From NCBI GenBank assembly GCA_963749495.1, contig CAVVMW010000018.1, forward strand, positions 377,733 to 441,732: 64,000 nucleotides of DNA. Direction: 5' to 3'. Position 1 is the first letter of the stretch. Every line of letters starts with the position of its first letter. Below the pieces are notes generated by a model. The model made no database searches and was not told where the DNA came from. It saw only the letters and a list, made by a program, of their open reading frames with translations. This stretch comes from an uncultured bacterium (GTDB taxonomy: Bacteria; Verrucomicrobiota; Verrucomicrobiia; Limisphaerales; UBA8199). A program made the translations under genes and the position numbers. Shown here piece by piece: positions 52,101-62,437 of the stretch.

Positions 52101-54196
52101 GTCACGAACACCAAGGTCTTGAATTGGACGGTCGTGTTCGCGGCGATGGTGTTGGGCGTGGTGGCCAGGTCCTGCACGCCGTTGATGGTCAGGGTGTAGG
52201 TCTTGCCTTGCGCCATGGTGCTGGTGGCCAATTGCACGGTGGCGGCGTCCACGCGCGTCGCCATCGAGACACTCACGCCCTGGTCAATCGCGTAATTCGA
52301 GTTTAACAGCGCCGTGTCGGAGACTGGCTTGGAGAACTTCACTATCACGGCGGTGAAGGTCGCGTCGGCGGAGGCCTTGACGACCGTGGGCGGCGTGGTG
52401 TCCCGGACGACCGTGAGGGTCGCCGCAGGGGAGGTGATGGTGCTGCTGGGACCGCTGATGGAGAGGGCGTACCTGGCATTGTTGTCGGCGTAGGGAACTT
52501 GCGTCAAGGAGAGGGTCTGGCCCGTTTCGCCCGCGAGGGGAGAGCCGTTCTTGAGCCACTGGAGGGCAATCGGTCCCGTGCCATCCCACGCAGCGGTGAA
52601 GGTGGTGTTGCTGCCTTCGGGCACCGTGGCGGCCTGGGGAGGGGCCACCACCGTGGGCGCCACTTCGGCCGTGTAAAGCGTCGTAGCGAGGCTCACGTTG
52701 GCGATGTCCGTCTCTTCGTTCTCGCCGCCGGTCCTGGAGGAGATGGCGAAGAGCCCGCTAGTCGGGCCCCAACCGGGAAGGTAGAGGCTGGTGCAAACCA
52801 CCTGGCCCCGGTACGAGATGTTCAGCGTCGAGTTGCGGTTGAGCTGGATGAGCACGTCCTGCAACTGCGAGTTGACCATGTCGGCCTTGGCCATCGGGAA
52901 ATGGGCTATCTGGGCGCCGAACAGGTACACATCCACCGCCGGCCCGCCGTTGCTGGTGTAAGTGTGAAACGAGACGGCCACGGAGGTGCCACCGGCGCCG
53001 ACTTCGCCATACCAGGTGGCGGACTGGCTCACGTTCGGGCCGAAACTCAGGGCCAGGCCGTCGGCGGCATTGCCGCTGCCGGGGCCGAACTGGAGTTTGA
53101 AACTGGCGTTAAAGCCTTGGATGGCGGCGCCATTGTCGAAATCGTTAGGTGAGAACGTGCCGTTAAGGCTGTTTTGATTCAGGGTCAGGTGCAACCGGTT
53201 GGTCGAGATGAACGGCAGCCAGGCGCTTCCGTCACTGAGGGTGCCCTGGCCGTTGAGGACAAACTGCGAGGTGTCTGTCGTGCTGAAGCTGGTAAAGAAG
53301 CCGAAATCACTCTGCGTCGCCGGCTGCGGCACGACGACCAGCGAGTACAACCTTCCGCCGGCTGCGCCGATGCTGCCCAAGTTGGCCATGTCACTCCCAT
53401 CGCTGTTCATGCGGATGAGGTTGCCGTCGCCGAAATTGGCGGCGTAGATGTGACCAGCGGCATCCACTGCGACCCCGACCGGCGAATTGAGCAATCCTCC
53501 GCTGGCCACGGTGCTCACGCTGTTTCCGTTATGCACATCAATGCGCTGGATCAAGTCGCCGCCGTCCGAGTTGCCGACCAGGATATTGCCGCTGCTCTCG
53601 AGCGCAACGTGGTATGGGCGGGACAGGCCCTGGCCGCTGACCAAAGTGGAGAACGTGCCGTTGAGGTTCATGGCGTCTATGGCGCCGGTACCCCAATCGC
53701 TCAGCACCATCCGGTCGTTGAGCCCGTCGTACCGAATGCCAAGGAACGCGGTCCCGGGATAGGTGTAGGTGTTCAAGAGGGTCCCCGTACCGGGGTCGTA
53801 AACCCTCACCGAGTCGTCCAAGGCCGTCGCGTAAAGGCGGCCATTATGGTAGGCAAGCCCGTAAAAGCCAAAACCGGAGGCGAATGGGGTCACGGTGCCG
53901 GTGGCCAAATCCACCTGCTGAAGCGTGTTGGGCACGTAGCTGGCGACCCAGCCCTTGCCGGCGTCCGGTCCGTCGCCGAGCGCCACGTCGTTGGCGTAGG
54001 TGCCCACGGTGGCGATCGGTGAGACCGTCCCGTCGGCGGGTTGATAACGGTAGAGCTCGGTGTCGGTCGCCTTCACAATGACGAGGTCGCCGGGATTGAG
54101 CGGGGAACTGGCCAGAACTGTCCCCGCGGGCAGGGTCAACGCGCAGCCCAGCCTGAGCAGGGCCGCGCCCTTTTGGATGGAATTAGTGATGTGCAT
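46145..54196 (-). CDS. 2,683-aa mosaic surface protein: NHL-like propeller, lectin-like, Ig, PA14-like, kelch, CSLREA-like/beta-helix, IPT, DUF5011-like x3, PxKF-like C-terminus
   Basis: ATG 54196 preceded by GGAG; signal peptide; SPVGVAVDAAG; LQWLKNG; GYFIPPTTGNYVFFI; repeated R..HTATLL.G.VL..GG; TSLREAI; DTTPPVITV.G.NP repeats; FKQGSTVPCKFQ. Confidence 0.88.
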   Translation of the reverse strand: MHITNSIQKGAALLRLGCALTLPAGTVLASSPLNPGDLVIVKATDTELYRYQPADGTVSPIATVGTYANDVALGDGPDAGKGWVASYVPNTLQQVDLATGTVTPFASGFGFYGLAYHNGRLYATALDDSVRVYDPGTGTLLNTYTYPGTAFLGIRYDGLNDRMVLSDWGTGAIDAMNLNGTFSTLVSGQGLSRPYHVALESSGNILVGNSDGGDLIQRIDVHNGNSVSTVASGGLLNSPVGVAVDAAGHIYAANFGDGNLIRMNSDGSDMANLGSIGAAGGRLYSLVVVPQPATQSDFGFFTSFSTTDTSQFVLNGQGTLSDGSAWLPFISTNRLHLTLNQNSLNGTFSPNDFDNGAAIQGFNASFKLQFGPGSGNAADGLALSFGPNVSQSATWYGEVGAGGTSVAVSFHTYTSNGGPAVDVYLFGAQIAHFPMAKADMVNSQLQDVLIQLNRNSTLNISYRGQVVCTSLYLPGWGPTSGLFAISSRTGGENEETDIANVSLATTLYTAEVAPTVVAPPQAATVPEGSNTTFTAAWDGTGPIALQWLKNGSPLAGETGQTLSLTQVPYADNNARYALSISGPSSTITSPAATLTVVRDTTPPTVVKASADATFTAVIVKFSKPVSDTALLNSNYAIDQGVSVSMATRVDAATVQLATSTMAQGKTYTLTINGVQDLATTPNTIAANTTVQFKTLVFVTGTVIHRKYNNVDDNTGGNPNNLLNDPRFPNAADRQDLLTTVEYPANGVGWDQTADPARNYFEEIDGYFIPPTTGNYVFFIAFADRGWLYLSTDESPANKYQIAGTTGWSDPRSWLASHDYSVTLARSDQNAGTQWPDGNTIALQGGNRYYMLLIHHFPSWAGGCWSAATYKLDTDPDPANGSAPTLTGNVVGAYLDPTGTSITFTSQPQNATSIIGTTATFSVAATGTSLYGGAIFYQWQSAPKGTSTWTDIPGATSATYQTPLLDLTYDGTQYRVVATVPPISQNSAASTVTVQPPPNTVAEYAPAQPLGVFGINGGSFQAGQTFNPTASGQLGEISVLLAQGGSQPTTIFVDFRTTQSGVPTSTVLGTATISGSLLTSTPTLLSADFTLLNLPISAGTEYAFTLRTSPGGGGAYISGDLANGYAADAAFMSQDFGATWGPPGSPNNYDIAFQVSLASAELLPPVVTAQPQTQTVSAGAGVTLTVVASGTGPLSFQWLHDGSPIAGATTATLSLNAVQTSAAGDYFVLISNLAGSVMSSLATLLVMGPASPPGNNGFLATGSMPMARYEHSATLLPNGTILVAGGYNGTALSEAELYDPSSGVFTGTGTLTHPRDAHTATLLPNGQVLITGGEGGFGGTAELYDPATGAFTGTGNMNSVRYYHTATLLLDGKVLLVGGGGATGTSLGSAELYDPAMGAFRSTGSLSTARIHHAATLLANGQVLVTGGLNPASGDAEASAEIYDPATGTFSTTGSLSWGHAWHTATALADGRVLVAGGMISGFSVGGLAEVYDPATGTFSSTGSLNTPRLAHTATRLPDGSVLLTGGGNLYTASAELYLPGSDSFTKLASSLNTARAYHTATLLQNGAVLIAGGYNGTYLASAELWQPSPLVVTTTADTVANDGQTSLREAILYANTLSGSKTIVFNIPTSDPNYSPVTGVYTIAPTSALPVITEPVVIDGTTQAGFDPGARRPVIELNGSNAGVAVGLNIFAGNSTVRGLVVNRFSDVGIFLQAGGSNHIEGNFIGTDATGSLALGNALSGVEISSGSASNVIGGTTVASRNIISGNRQGVQIFGGSNNIVEGNYIGVDASGTAPIANTNWGVDIELNGSGNVIGGTGAGAGNVIAFNGSTGVRVASGVGNTVRGNSIFSNLGLGISLSAGANNQQSCPVWARVRQANGSISMVGGLLSSPNAAFTIDFYGNTQGDPSGYGQGQVYLGSLTVTSDGAGNAPFSLILPLPSSGLQFVTATATDALGNSSAFSQATPIVVDIPPSIAPVANQVTTAGQPITVNFTLSDSQLDPGSLAVVGHSANTAVVPEANVILGGGGGARTVTLTPAPNQTGVTTITLIAYDDLLSASTTFTLTVILRVDSLQPASVIGGGPGFTLTVNGAGFASGAVVLWNGQPRATTRVSGSQIGAAISAADLALGNQNINTAAITVLNPDGTLSNPQAFTIVCANVGAAQSQIAPAGQTATVSTAPATQGQADVTASLDNSSGSQPVSVTAATYTTNPGSGAVFDAGSSYLDLKVSGATASSSLTSHFYYPSTVTGSAEASLTLLYYTGTGWARVLSSGGAAPVKDTTDNLDGTVSGGRLTVKFDDTSTPLITQLTGTAFALAVDTTPPVITVVGANPATVECHTSYTDAGATASDACAGDVTAAIQTNNPVNANAPGTYTVTYTASDPSGNTSMATRTVHVVDTTPPVITVLGANPVTVECHTGYTDAGATASDACAGDVTASIQTRNLVNANAPGTYTVTYTVSDPSGNTQTATRTVKVVDTTAPVLSILQPNPMTIYYGASFVEPGATATDTCAGTVPVYYDTANGANPATLGSAVGAYTIKYYAEDPAGNTAAAQRIVNVIYKPAGISCNGNPGHTILQPINADGSSSFKQGSTVPCKFQVFDANCNSVGTPGLVASFVLVATSGGAPGVNEAVISTTPDTAFRWDPSGQQWIFNLSTKNLAKNTTFYYRINLNDGSNIPFSFGLR

Positions 54197-54439
54197 ACGA
54201 TTTCTCCGATGAATGGTTTCGGTTACGAGCGGGAGCCGGACTGGGGACGCTGCGTTTATCATGCCAGTATCTGTTAACTCTGATTAGTCAGATTCATGCA
54301 GCGAGTCTGCGCCAGCGCGGGGGAGTCCGATAGCCCTTTTTTGCAGGACAAATCCCGGCCCGAGGCGGCAACCAGGGTCCATTTTGTCCTTCATTTGGGG
54401 GACAAGCCACGCGGGAGCCGCGTCGAACGGAACCGCGGG

Positions 54440-54565
54440 GCCTCCGTTCCCCGGCAGTCGGACCTCGTCGGTGATCCGCAGCACGCTCGCGGGATTCAGC
54501 GGGTCCGTACCGGCCAGGCACTCTGCCAGGTTGTCGGCCCCGTCTCCGTCAGGGTCGCTGTGCGC
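54440..54565 (-). pseudogene. Remnant of a DxDGDG / GTDP-type C-terminal module
   Basis: SDPDGDGADNLAECLAGTDPLNPASVLRI with no upstream gene body. Confidence 0.55.
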
Positions 54566-54627
54566 CGCGCAGCAGGGCAGCGGGGGGCGCATCCGGAGAC
54601 TGCCCCCGCCGCCAATGCCGAAGGACT

Positions 54628-54724
54628 GGAGCGCCGGCTTTCAGCCGGCTTTGGATGTCCAATGTTAAATGGGGGCACAGCAGGGGTCCACGTGCGCGCA
54701 AAGCCGGCTGAAAGCCGGCGCTCC
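54628..54724. repeat. REP doublet (perfect 26-bp inverted repeat)
   Basis: ggagcgccggctttcagccggctttg (54628-54653) and caaagccggctgaaagccggcgctcc (54699-54724). Confidence 0.88.
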
Positions 54725-55397
54725 GGGGGCAGTGTCCAGATGCGCCCGGCAGCGGGGAATCATCCTAATTTATGCTGACGGGGCTGATTGGGCGTCGTAT
54801 CGTGCCGCCCCTTTTGCCATGCGGAACCATATAGTCTCAGGATTAGTGGAGCGGTATGGGGCGCAGCGCCGATCGGTTTGGGCCGGAGCGATAAGGGCAA
54901 CGCGAAGGCGACTTTGGGTTGCGGCAGCCTGTTTTTTGGGGGAGAGCGTGATGCTCTGCGGCCAGGGGACGTTCCACTTCGCGCAGACCGGTGGAGGCCA
55001 GCCTGTAGTCAGCCTCCAGGAGACTCTGCTGGTGGGCGGGATAACCTCGCCCGAGCTGCTGTTCGATGTTGGTGTTGTCACGGACGAGGTTGTCGTGCCG
55101 AACACCCTCCTGGACTCCTTCACGGTGACGATTGGAAACCCCGCGACATCCGGCCTTCAAGCTGTTGATCTGAGGTGTTCGAGCCAGTCAAATACTTAGC
55201 GCCGCCAGATCCTTGATCCGCCTGCCGCCGCAACAATTCGTCGTGTGCGCGCAACCCGCCCCCGGGCTTGGCAGTGAATTCGTCGCAACGCCGGCGGCCG
55301 CCAGGGCGCCCAGGAGGCCCGCTTCGAGTTTTGTCATTGCCGCCCGCTCGGGTGCGCTTCGGTCGTGGCCCCGTTTCTTCCAGCCGGCGCGAGACCG

Positions 55398-56081
55398 TCA
55401 GTGTGTCACCGCGGGACGCAACTCGATCTTCGCCGGAGGGGGGGCCAACTGGCGGTGCGCTTCCGGGTCCAGCTTTTCCGCCTCCGCCCAAGCCGCCTCA
55501 GCGCGCTTCTGGAGGCCTTCAGCCTCGGCCTTTTCGGTGTTCACGACCATCTCCAGGCGCCGCCCTTCAGTGCCTTGTATCCGGGCATCATTTTCCAGGC
55601 TGGTCGCGATGTTCGCTTGGTCTTTAACCTGCTGCACGGCCTTCATCAACTCTTCCGCGTTGTGCCGGCATTGCGCGGCCTTCTGCTCCGTGTTGCGCGC
55701 CGAGATCCACTTGGCGTCGGCTTCGGCCGACAGAACTTGCGCGTCATGACGCAACTGAAAGGCCTTCTGCCGGTTCGGGCCGGCCTTGAGCAGTTGCAGG
55801 GCGCGTGCAACCAGGATGCGCGCCTCGCGCTGGTTGGCCCCGGCTTGCGCCTCGTCGTCAGCGGCTTGCTGGAGCTTGACGGCGGCATTGTCACGCAACT
55901 GGTGGGCCCCCGCCTGCTTGAGCTTGGCCAGAGCAAAGAGTCTGTCCGCCTCCGCGTTTTGCCCGAAACACACGCCGCCCCAGCCGAAAACCGCGAGGCC
56001 GAGCACCAAAATGGCGGACTGCCAAGAGATTAACTTGTGCTGCCGCCCGAAAAGTGAAAGTTGGCTGCTGATTAGTTTCAT
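55398..56081 (-). CDS. Secreted Ala/Gln/Lys-rich alpha-helical hypothetical protein
   Basis: Signal-like hydrophobic segment ending CFG-Q, followed by coiled-coil-like heptads. Confidence 0.65.
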   Translation of the reverse strand: MKLISSQLSLFGRQHKLISWQSAILVLGLAVFGWGGVCFGQNAEADRLFALAKLKQAGAHQLRDNAAVKLQQAADDEAQAGANQREARILVARALQLLKAGPNRQKAFQLRHDAQVLSAEADAKWISARNTEQKAAQCRHNAEELMKAVQQVKDQANIATSLENDARIQGTEGRRLEMVVNTEKAEAEGLQKRAEAAWAEAEKLDPEAHRQLAPPPAKIELRPAVTH

Positions 56082-56204
56082 AGTGGGGCCATTGTACGGG
56101 AGGAAAAACGGGTGTCAATTGACAAATCCACTATCTCCTAATACGCGCGGTAGAAGATGGCGGGAGGATTGGTTTCCAGACCCAAGATGATCTGCATGAG
56201 GTTG

Positions 56205-56690
56205 GGCGTAGGTGATGTAGTTGAGCGTTTCGTGGTGGATGCCTCGGCCGCGAGTGGTCAAGCCGCGCGCGGTTTCCCAGGCGGCGAATCCACCTTCGAG
56301 GATGTCCACGGTGATTCCCGGCTTTTGGGCCAGAGCGGCCGCGGCGGCTTGAAGCGACTCGCTGCTCTGGCGGCCCAGTCCGTCGTCGTACACGACCACC
56401 CTGCCGAGTGGGGGCAGGCGCTTCTGCGAGCAGAGCGAGGCGGGGATATTGATGGCGCCGGGAAGATGCCCCTGCGCAAAGGAAGTGGGGATTCGCACAT
56501 CAATGAGGACGACTTTGGCGCCACCGGCCAGTTGCTGCTGCAAGTTGGCCACCGTCGTCGCGCGGGCGTCCAGGGCAAGCGCAAGGCAGATGCCGAGGCC
56601 GAGGCACGTGCGGAGGGTCCCGGCGGATCGGGACGCCACTCCGGAGGAAGTGCGGGTTGATAAAACCGATGAGAATTGGGTTTGATGCAT
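56205..56690 (-). pseudogene. Exported rhodanese-domain protein, 3'-truncated and read through from the upstream gene
   Basis: Signal peptide, then VVLIDVRIPTSFAQGHLPGAINIP, VVVYDD, ILEGGFAAW; the sequence appears to break off after NYITYAQ. Confidence 0.75.
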
Positions 56691-59263
56691 ATATGCATAT
56701 TGGGATTGGGGTGCGAACTGGCTGACGGGATGGGCCAAGCCCACCATCACCACGGCCACGTTCGGGATGGGGAAGTTGTCGCCGACCAGGGCGCCGTTCT
56801 GGACTTCGGCGACGCGCCAGCGACCGGACTCCGCATCGAGCATGCGCACGGCCAAGGCGTTGGAAAGGCCCAGTTGCCCTAACAACTGATAAGCGGAATA
56901 GCCATCCGGGAAGGCGGTGTAGCCGAACACGTTGGCGTCGGCGGCCAGGTTGAGCGGGGAGCTGTTGTTGAGGCCCAGGTCAAGCACTTGCCGGCTGTTG
57001 AACTCGACCCACAGGAAGGAGCCGGGCACGAGGCTGAAATTGACGCCGGCCGGCGCCCCGTTGGAGAAGTAGGCAGTCTGGGAGAGGACCTGCGGCACCA
57101 GCGCAGAGTATTCCGTGACCGCCTGGACGCCGCTGGCGCCCCAGAGCGAGAGCAGGCCGTAGGCGTTTTGCGCGTAGGTCACCATGCCGGCCGTGACGGC
57201 CAGAGCATTGGCGTTTTGGAAGACGGCCTGCAAGGCCGGCAGAGGGGCGCTCACAATCTCGGGTTGGTTGGTGGGCATCTCCTGCCACACCGCCCGACCG
57301 TCGGCCAGGGCCGGGAAGGCCTTAAGGGTGGGGGTGTGCGTGACAGGGATTGCGGCCAGACTGGGCAGATGGATCAAGCGTCCGTTGCCGGTCCTGGGGC
57401 CGAGGGAATTCTCCAGGCACAGGACCCACTCTCCGTTGAGATAGGGCTCGGTTTCGTCTTCCGGCGTGTTCGTGATTCGGACCTCCCGGTTGCGGAGCAG
57501 GTCGAAGCCATAGAGGTCCAATTCCAGGTTCCGCGCGTCTGACCAGACAATCCAGTTGTTATAAACAACCGGGTGAAACTTGCCAAACTCGGGCTGTTGC
57601 TGGCCGTGACATCCTGGGCGTAAATCTCGAAGTGGCCGTCGCTTTGGTCCTGCCAGACGGCCCAGCGGCCGCGGGCGGACGGGTTCTGCGGGCCGCGCGT
57701 GACATCGGCCAGGACGGCGTTCGTGCCGGCGAGCGCGCCGACCTGCACGAGAGCGAACGTGAAGTTCGTGTTCCCGAGCGGATCCGCAATCGCCATACGC
57801 ACGGTGTACCAACCCGGCGGCTGGATGACGCCCGCGCTGCTGAGTCCGTTCCAGTTATAGGTCACGGGGCCACCACCGGTGTTGGTGAAGGCCACGCTGA
57901 GCACATTGGGCAGGGCGCTCTGGTCGTAGCCGTAGAGCGGGTTGATCGTCCAGGTGACGCTGGTGGGGCTGTTTGTGGGTTGGAAGACGCCGTTGGCCTG
58001 TCCCAGCACGTCAACAACCTGCGGCCCGGCGGCGAGGTTGGTCAAGAGTATCGGAGTGGTCACCGCAGTTGGAGCGCGGTAATAGTTTTGGCCGACCGTG
58101 CCCAGGGCCCATTTGTAATTCGTGACGCCCCTCCCCCCCACCGTCAACTGGGCTGAGCCCGCCAGCGAGGGCGTGGCCGGAGCGCCGGTGACCGTGGTCG
58201 CTGGCGCGGATGGATCCACCACCCAACTCACCATCACGGCGTTGCTCGGATCCAAGCAGGTCCCGTACTGCGACCGGCCCAGGACCGCGACGGTATTGTT
58301 TCCCGCAGGCAGGCCCGAGAGGCTTAGGGGTGAAGTGACCGCCCGCTCGGCGCTCCACGCGCCGGAGTTCAGTTGGTAGGTGTAGAAATCGACCAGGGCG
58401 CCGCCGATGCTCAGCGAGGCCGAGGTGGCGGCGGTGGGGGAAGCCGGCACATTGGAGACCGTAGCCCAGCCGACCGCTCCCTGGAAGATGTCGAGTTGAG
58501 CCTTGAGGGCAAGGGGATTTGGCGAGGCCTGGAAGGTAATCGGGACGGCGCCTGGCCGGATGGAGAGGGCGCCGCCGGGGTTGAAAAGCGGCTGCGCCGA
58601 GGCCGAGACCGAGCTGAAACCCAGCGAGCCCGGTCCGGGCAGGATGAGGGTGACGGTATGATTGGTTTCCTGGTTGCCGCTGGTGTCCTTCGCGTAAAAG
58701 GAGAGTTGGTGCGGGCCCGGGACGGTCAAATTGAACGGCAGTGCCATGGCAAAGGGGGCGCCGTCCAGACTGTCATAGATGGTGACCGGAGCGGCGTCCT
58801 GGCAAAGGAAGTACATCTGGGTCGCCGGCGTGACATAATAGACGCCGTTGGCAAAGCTTGAGGGGCCGGCGAACATCAGGGTTGTGACCGGCGGATTGGT
58901 GTTGGGTGGAATGTTGGCATAAGTGACGGTGTAGCTGTAGGCGCCCAGGCCCACGTAATCAAAGATGTTCAGATAGGTGTCCTTGAAGTTCGACCCTGGC
59001 TCGTAGTGGATGTTGGTCCAATAATTGTTGGCGTTGAAGCCGGTGATGGGGTTGTTGGGGTCGTTGTCCGTGATTTGCAGCGTCGCCAGGAAGCCGACCC
59101 GTTCCAAGGTCAACTGCTGCGAGATAACGATCTTCACCAGGGCGCACAACCCTTGCTGCTGTTCCTGCGCCCGCACGCCGGCGGGCAACAGGCACAGGCA
59201 AAGGCCGGCCAGGCCCAGAGCGGCCTTGGACACACAGTTCCAAGCTCTCGAATCCTTTTTCAT
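56691..59263 (-). pseudogene. Large secreted protein (LCALVKIVISQQLTLERVGF N-domain, Ig/FlgD-like and TolB-like propeller parts) with probable internal deletions and a frameshift near 57590
   Basis: ATG 59263 overlaps the upstream TGA; signal peptide; YNWNGLSSAG..PGWYTV; WAVWQDQSDGHFEIY continuing in another frame as WIVWSDARNLELDLYGFDL. Confidence 0.7.
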
Positions 59264-62200
59264 CGGGCCACCTCCGTCACCTTTGGCGCCGCCACCGGCG
59301 CGGCCAACCCGCACCGGTCGTGGACCAGCACGTCGTTGGCATAGAACGCATTGTCCACTGCCAAGCGCATCGAATAGACTTTCAGGCTGCGCCCCAGGGG
59401 CTCATTGCCGGTCACCCGCACCCGGCCCCCATGCGAGTCGAAGAGCCAATCGCCGGGCCCGAGCCGCGCGGCCGCCCTCCAGCCTTTGCCATCCACCCAG
59501 AGCAGATGCTCGGCCGTGACCGTCAACCCGGCGTGGGGCGTGGCGCTCGGGCCGGCCAGGGTGAGTTGGCAGACCTGGGTGGACATAAGCGAATACACTT
59601 CCGTGACCACAGCAAGGTTATCCGAGCGGATCCCGCTCCGAACCAGGTCATGGGCCTTGATTTTCGAGATCGGTTTAAGCTTGCCATCGCTCATCAACAC
59701 CAGCGTATCGGGCGCCAGGCAACCATCCCCGCTGGCGTCGAAACCCTCCCCGGCGCCCTGCCCCGGGCCATTGGCGGGGCCTCCTCCTCCGGTCGCGCTT
59801 TGACCGTACCCAGCCGTGCCGGGCGGGTAGGGCGAGAGGTAATTGCCGATCACGCAGGCGACGAAGCTGGCGGCCGCCAACGGGAGCCCGAACCCCTCCT
59901 CGGGCCCCCCTAGCACCCCTGAGATCGGACCGCCAGCCCCCGCCAGCAGGCAAGCCGCATTGACCCACAGATTCACCTCGCTCTCGTCCACTTGGCAACG
60001 ACCGATGGCTCGCCCGGTTGCGTTGATGTAATCGGCGATAGCCTTGGCTTGCTCGCCCAGCTCAGACAAGTCCCCCCCGGGGGCGCAACTCTTGACCTTG
60101 TCCACAAAGCCGGGTGGCCCAGGGGGCTCCCCCTGTTTGGGCACTGGGCGCCCAAGGTGTGTTGGCACCGCTACCCCCGGTGTTCCGCCCCCGGGCGACG
60201 GGCCGCTGGAACCCCAATAAGTCGCGGTGAAGGGGATATCGACGGATTGTTGCGGCAAGAGCACCGGCAGGTAGGAAATCAACGGCTGGAGGCTGGCCAC
60301 GTCGTCCTGGGAGCCGGTAATAGTGCAGTCTGTCATCTGGATCAGCCCGGCATTGTGCACGGTGACCGTGTAGCTGGCTTGGAAACCGGGCGAGACGTTG
60401 TTGAACTGCTGGAGCGGCGGCGTCATCACCAGCACCGGGAGCGGAACGAACGTCTCATAAGTTTGCGAAACCTGGATGGTATAGCTGTCCGAGAAGGGCA
60501 CCGGCACCACGGTGAAGTTGAGGGTGACCAGGCTGCGGTTCAAACGGGCGTGGTTGTAACCGGTCTGCCCCGCGATGACCGTCAAGGTGCCCGCGCTGGC
60601 CGAACACCCCGGCGCCGAGGCCTGCCAGTCCCAGGACCCTTCCTCCAGGTTGGTGACCGTAACCAGCCCGTTGGTGTCCGTATAAAACGGTCCCAGGTTA
60701 GCCGAAATCAAGTTGTTGCGCAGGCGGATGGCCGCCCCGCTCAGCGCCTCCCCCAGAATGTCATCCACGTAGAACTGCATCCCCCCGGTCAAGTCGGACG
60801 TCACCAGGGCATAAACCCCGACCGAGAACGGCGTGGCCATGTTGGTCCCTTGAATAGTGATGGAGTCGGCATAAAGCGCCAGGGGCGTCGCGACCGGCGG
60901 GCTGAAGACCACGCCGATGGTATTGGACTGGCCCACGGCCAAATCTGGCAGTTGGATCGAGCCCATTGGTCGAAACCGGGAGGTTGACCGCTATCCAGTT
61001 GTTGATCGGGGGCAGCAAAGTCACGCCCTTCAAATCGGTTAGCCCGGTGTTCTGGACCACAATCTGGCCCGTGACCTGATCGCCCCGGTTGAGGCTCGCC
61101 GTCCGGCAGGCCAGTTGCAGATTGACCGAGGCGCTGCCCACCTGCGTCACCCCGCCCAGGGTCCCCGCCGCCGGCGTGAGCACCGGCTCATAAGTCAGGA
61201 ATGGGTTGTAGAGCACGTTGCCCTGCACCTGGGCGGCCACCTCCCCCGCGCTCATTGTCCCCCACCAGTTGCCGGGGGCATTCAACGCCGCGCTGCCTGC
61301 CGCGAGGGCATTCGTGCCGTTGTTCTGGATGACCGAGTTGCCAATCGTCAGGGCCGCCGTGTCGGACTGCTTGGCTCCGACGCCGTTGGCGGTCAGCAGC
61401 GCGTTGCTGGTCGTGAGCGTCGCGCCATCGAGCAGGGCCAGACCACTCCGGGCATTCAAGCTGGCGGTGAGGGCCTGGACCGCCGGCGCGCAGCCACTGA
61501 TCGACAAACCCCCGCCGTAAAGAACCTCGACAAAGTTGAGGCTCGACGCCCCCGCGCCACTACCCAGCGATACCCCGCCCCAGTCGCCCGGAGCCGGGGT
61601 GCCTCCGGCAGTGTCGTTGGCCGAATCCAGGACAATCGGAGCGAGCGCGGTGCCGTTGGCCGCCAAAGCACCCTGTTGGACCGTCAGACTCGTGCCGGGC
61701 GCAAACAACAGCGTCGTGCCGGGCAGGATGGTCAAGGTGGCGTTGCTGACCACCACGATGCTGTGATAAATCGTTGCCACGCTCTGTCCCGGCCCGCCAA
61801 CGGTCAGGTTCGCCGCAATGTTGCCCGACAGCGGGTCTGACCACTGGACACTCGACACGTTCGGGTTGAACCCATTGGTCACGTTGAAGCCAACCACGGC
61901 GAAGTAATAGGACTTGCTGCGGTCAAGGCCATTGACCGGATACGACTGCGCCGAGGCGTCCAGCGTCGCGATGGGCGTCAGGCCGGCAACGGAGCTGAAG
62001 CCGGCCTGGGCCGAATAGACGCGGAACCCGGCAAACCCCAGCAAGCTGGCGGTGTTGTAGGAGGGCCACGCCACCAACGCCGAGCCAAGGGTCGTCGGCG
62101 TGACTTGAACGATCACAGGGGGCGGGAGGCTCGTCGGCAGGACGAACCGCAAGGGTGTCACACTCGCTATGCTGTTGCCCGCCACGTCCAGGGCCTGCAC

Positions 62201-62437
62201 GGCCGCGTAGTAGGGCGTGTCGAGCGCCAAGCCACCAAACTGGACGCTGCGCGCGCCGGGACCGAGACCCGTAAGGACCGGCACACCGGCCACGTTGCTG
62301 AAGTTGGCCGCCTGGAGATACACCCGGAACCCGTTCAGGTCCGGCGGCGCGCAGTAGCCGGTCCAGGACGCGACCGCTGAGGTGCTGTTCGAGGCCGTAA
62401 TGCTCAGGACCGGATTGGGCGGCGGAGTGGCATCCAC
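59260..62437 (-). CDS. 5'-truncated large extracellular protein (FN3-like, beta-helix, Ig/carboxypeptidase-regulatory-like) ending in a Hint domain; apparent +1 frameshift near 60964
   Basis: FN3-like ASWTGY..PDLNGFRVY / YYFAVVGFN; PAPGDWGG; removing one G in aatgggctcg joins VSTNG to SIQLPDL; Hint C1 CLAPDTLV at 59721, TAEH block B, FYANDVLVHD at 59317. Confidence 0.8.

Noticed and set aside
59317..59721. Canonical intein or polymorphic toxin
   Set aside because: No terminal Asn followed by a +1 nucleophile, no endonuclease, essentially no C-extein or toxin domain, and no immunity gene.
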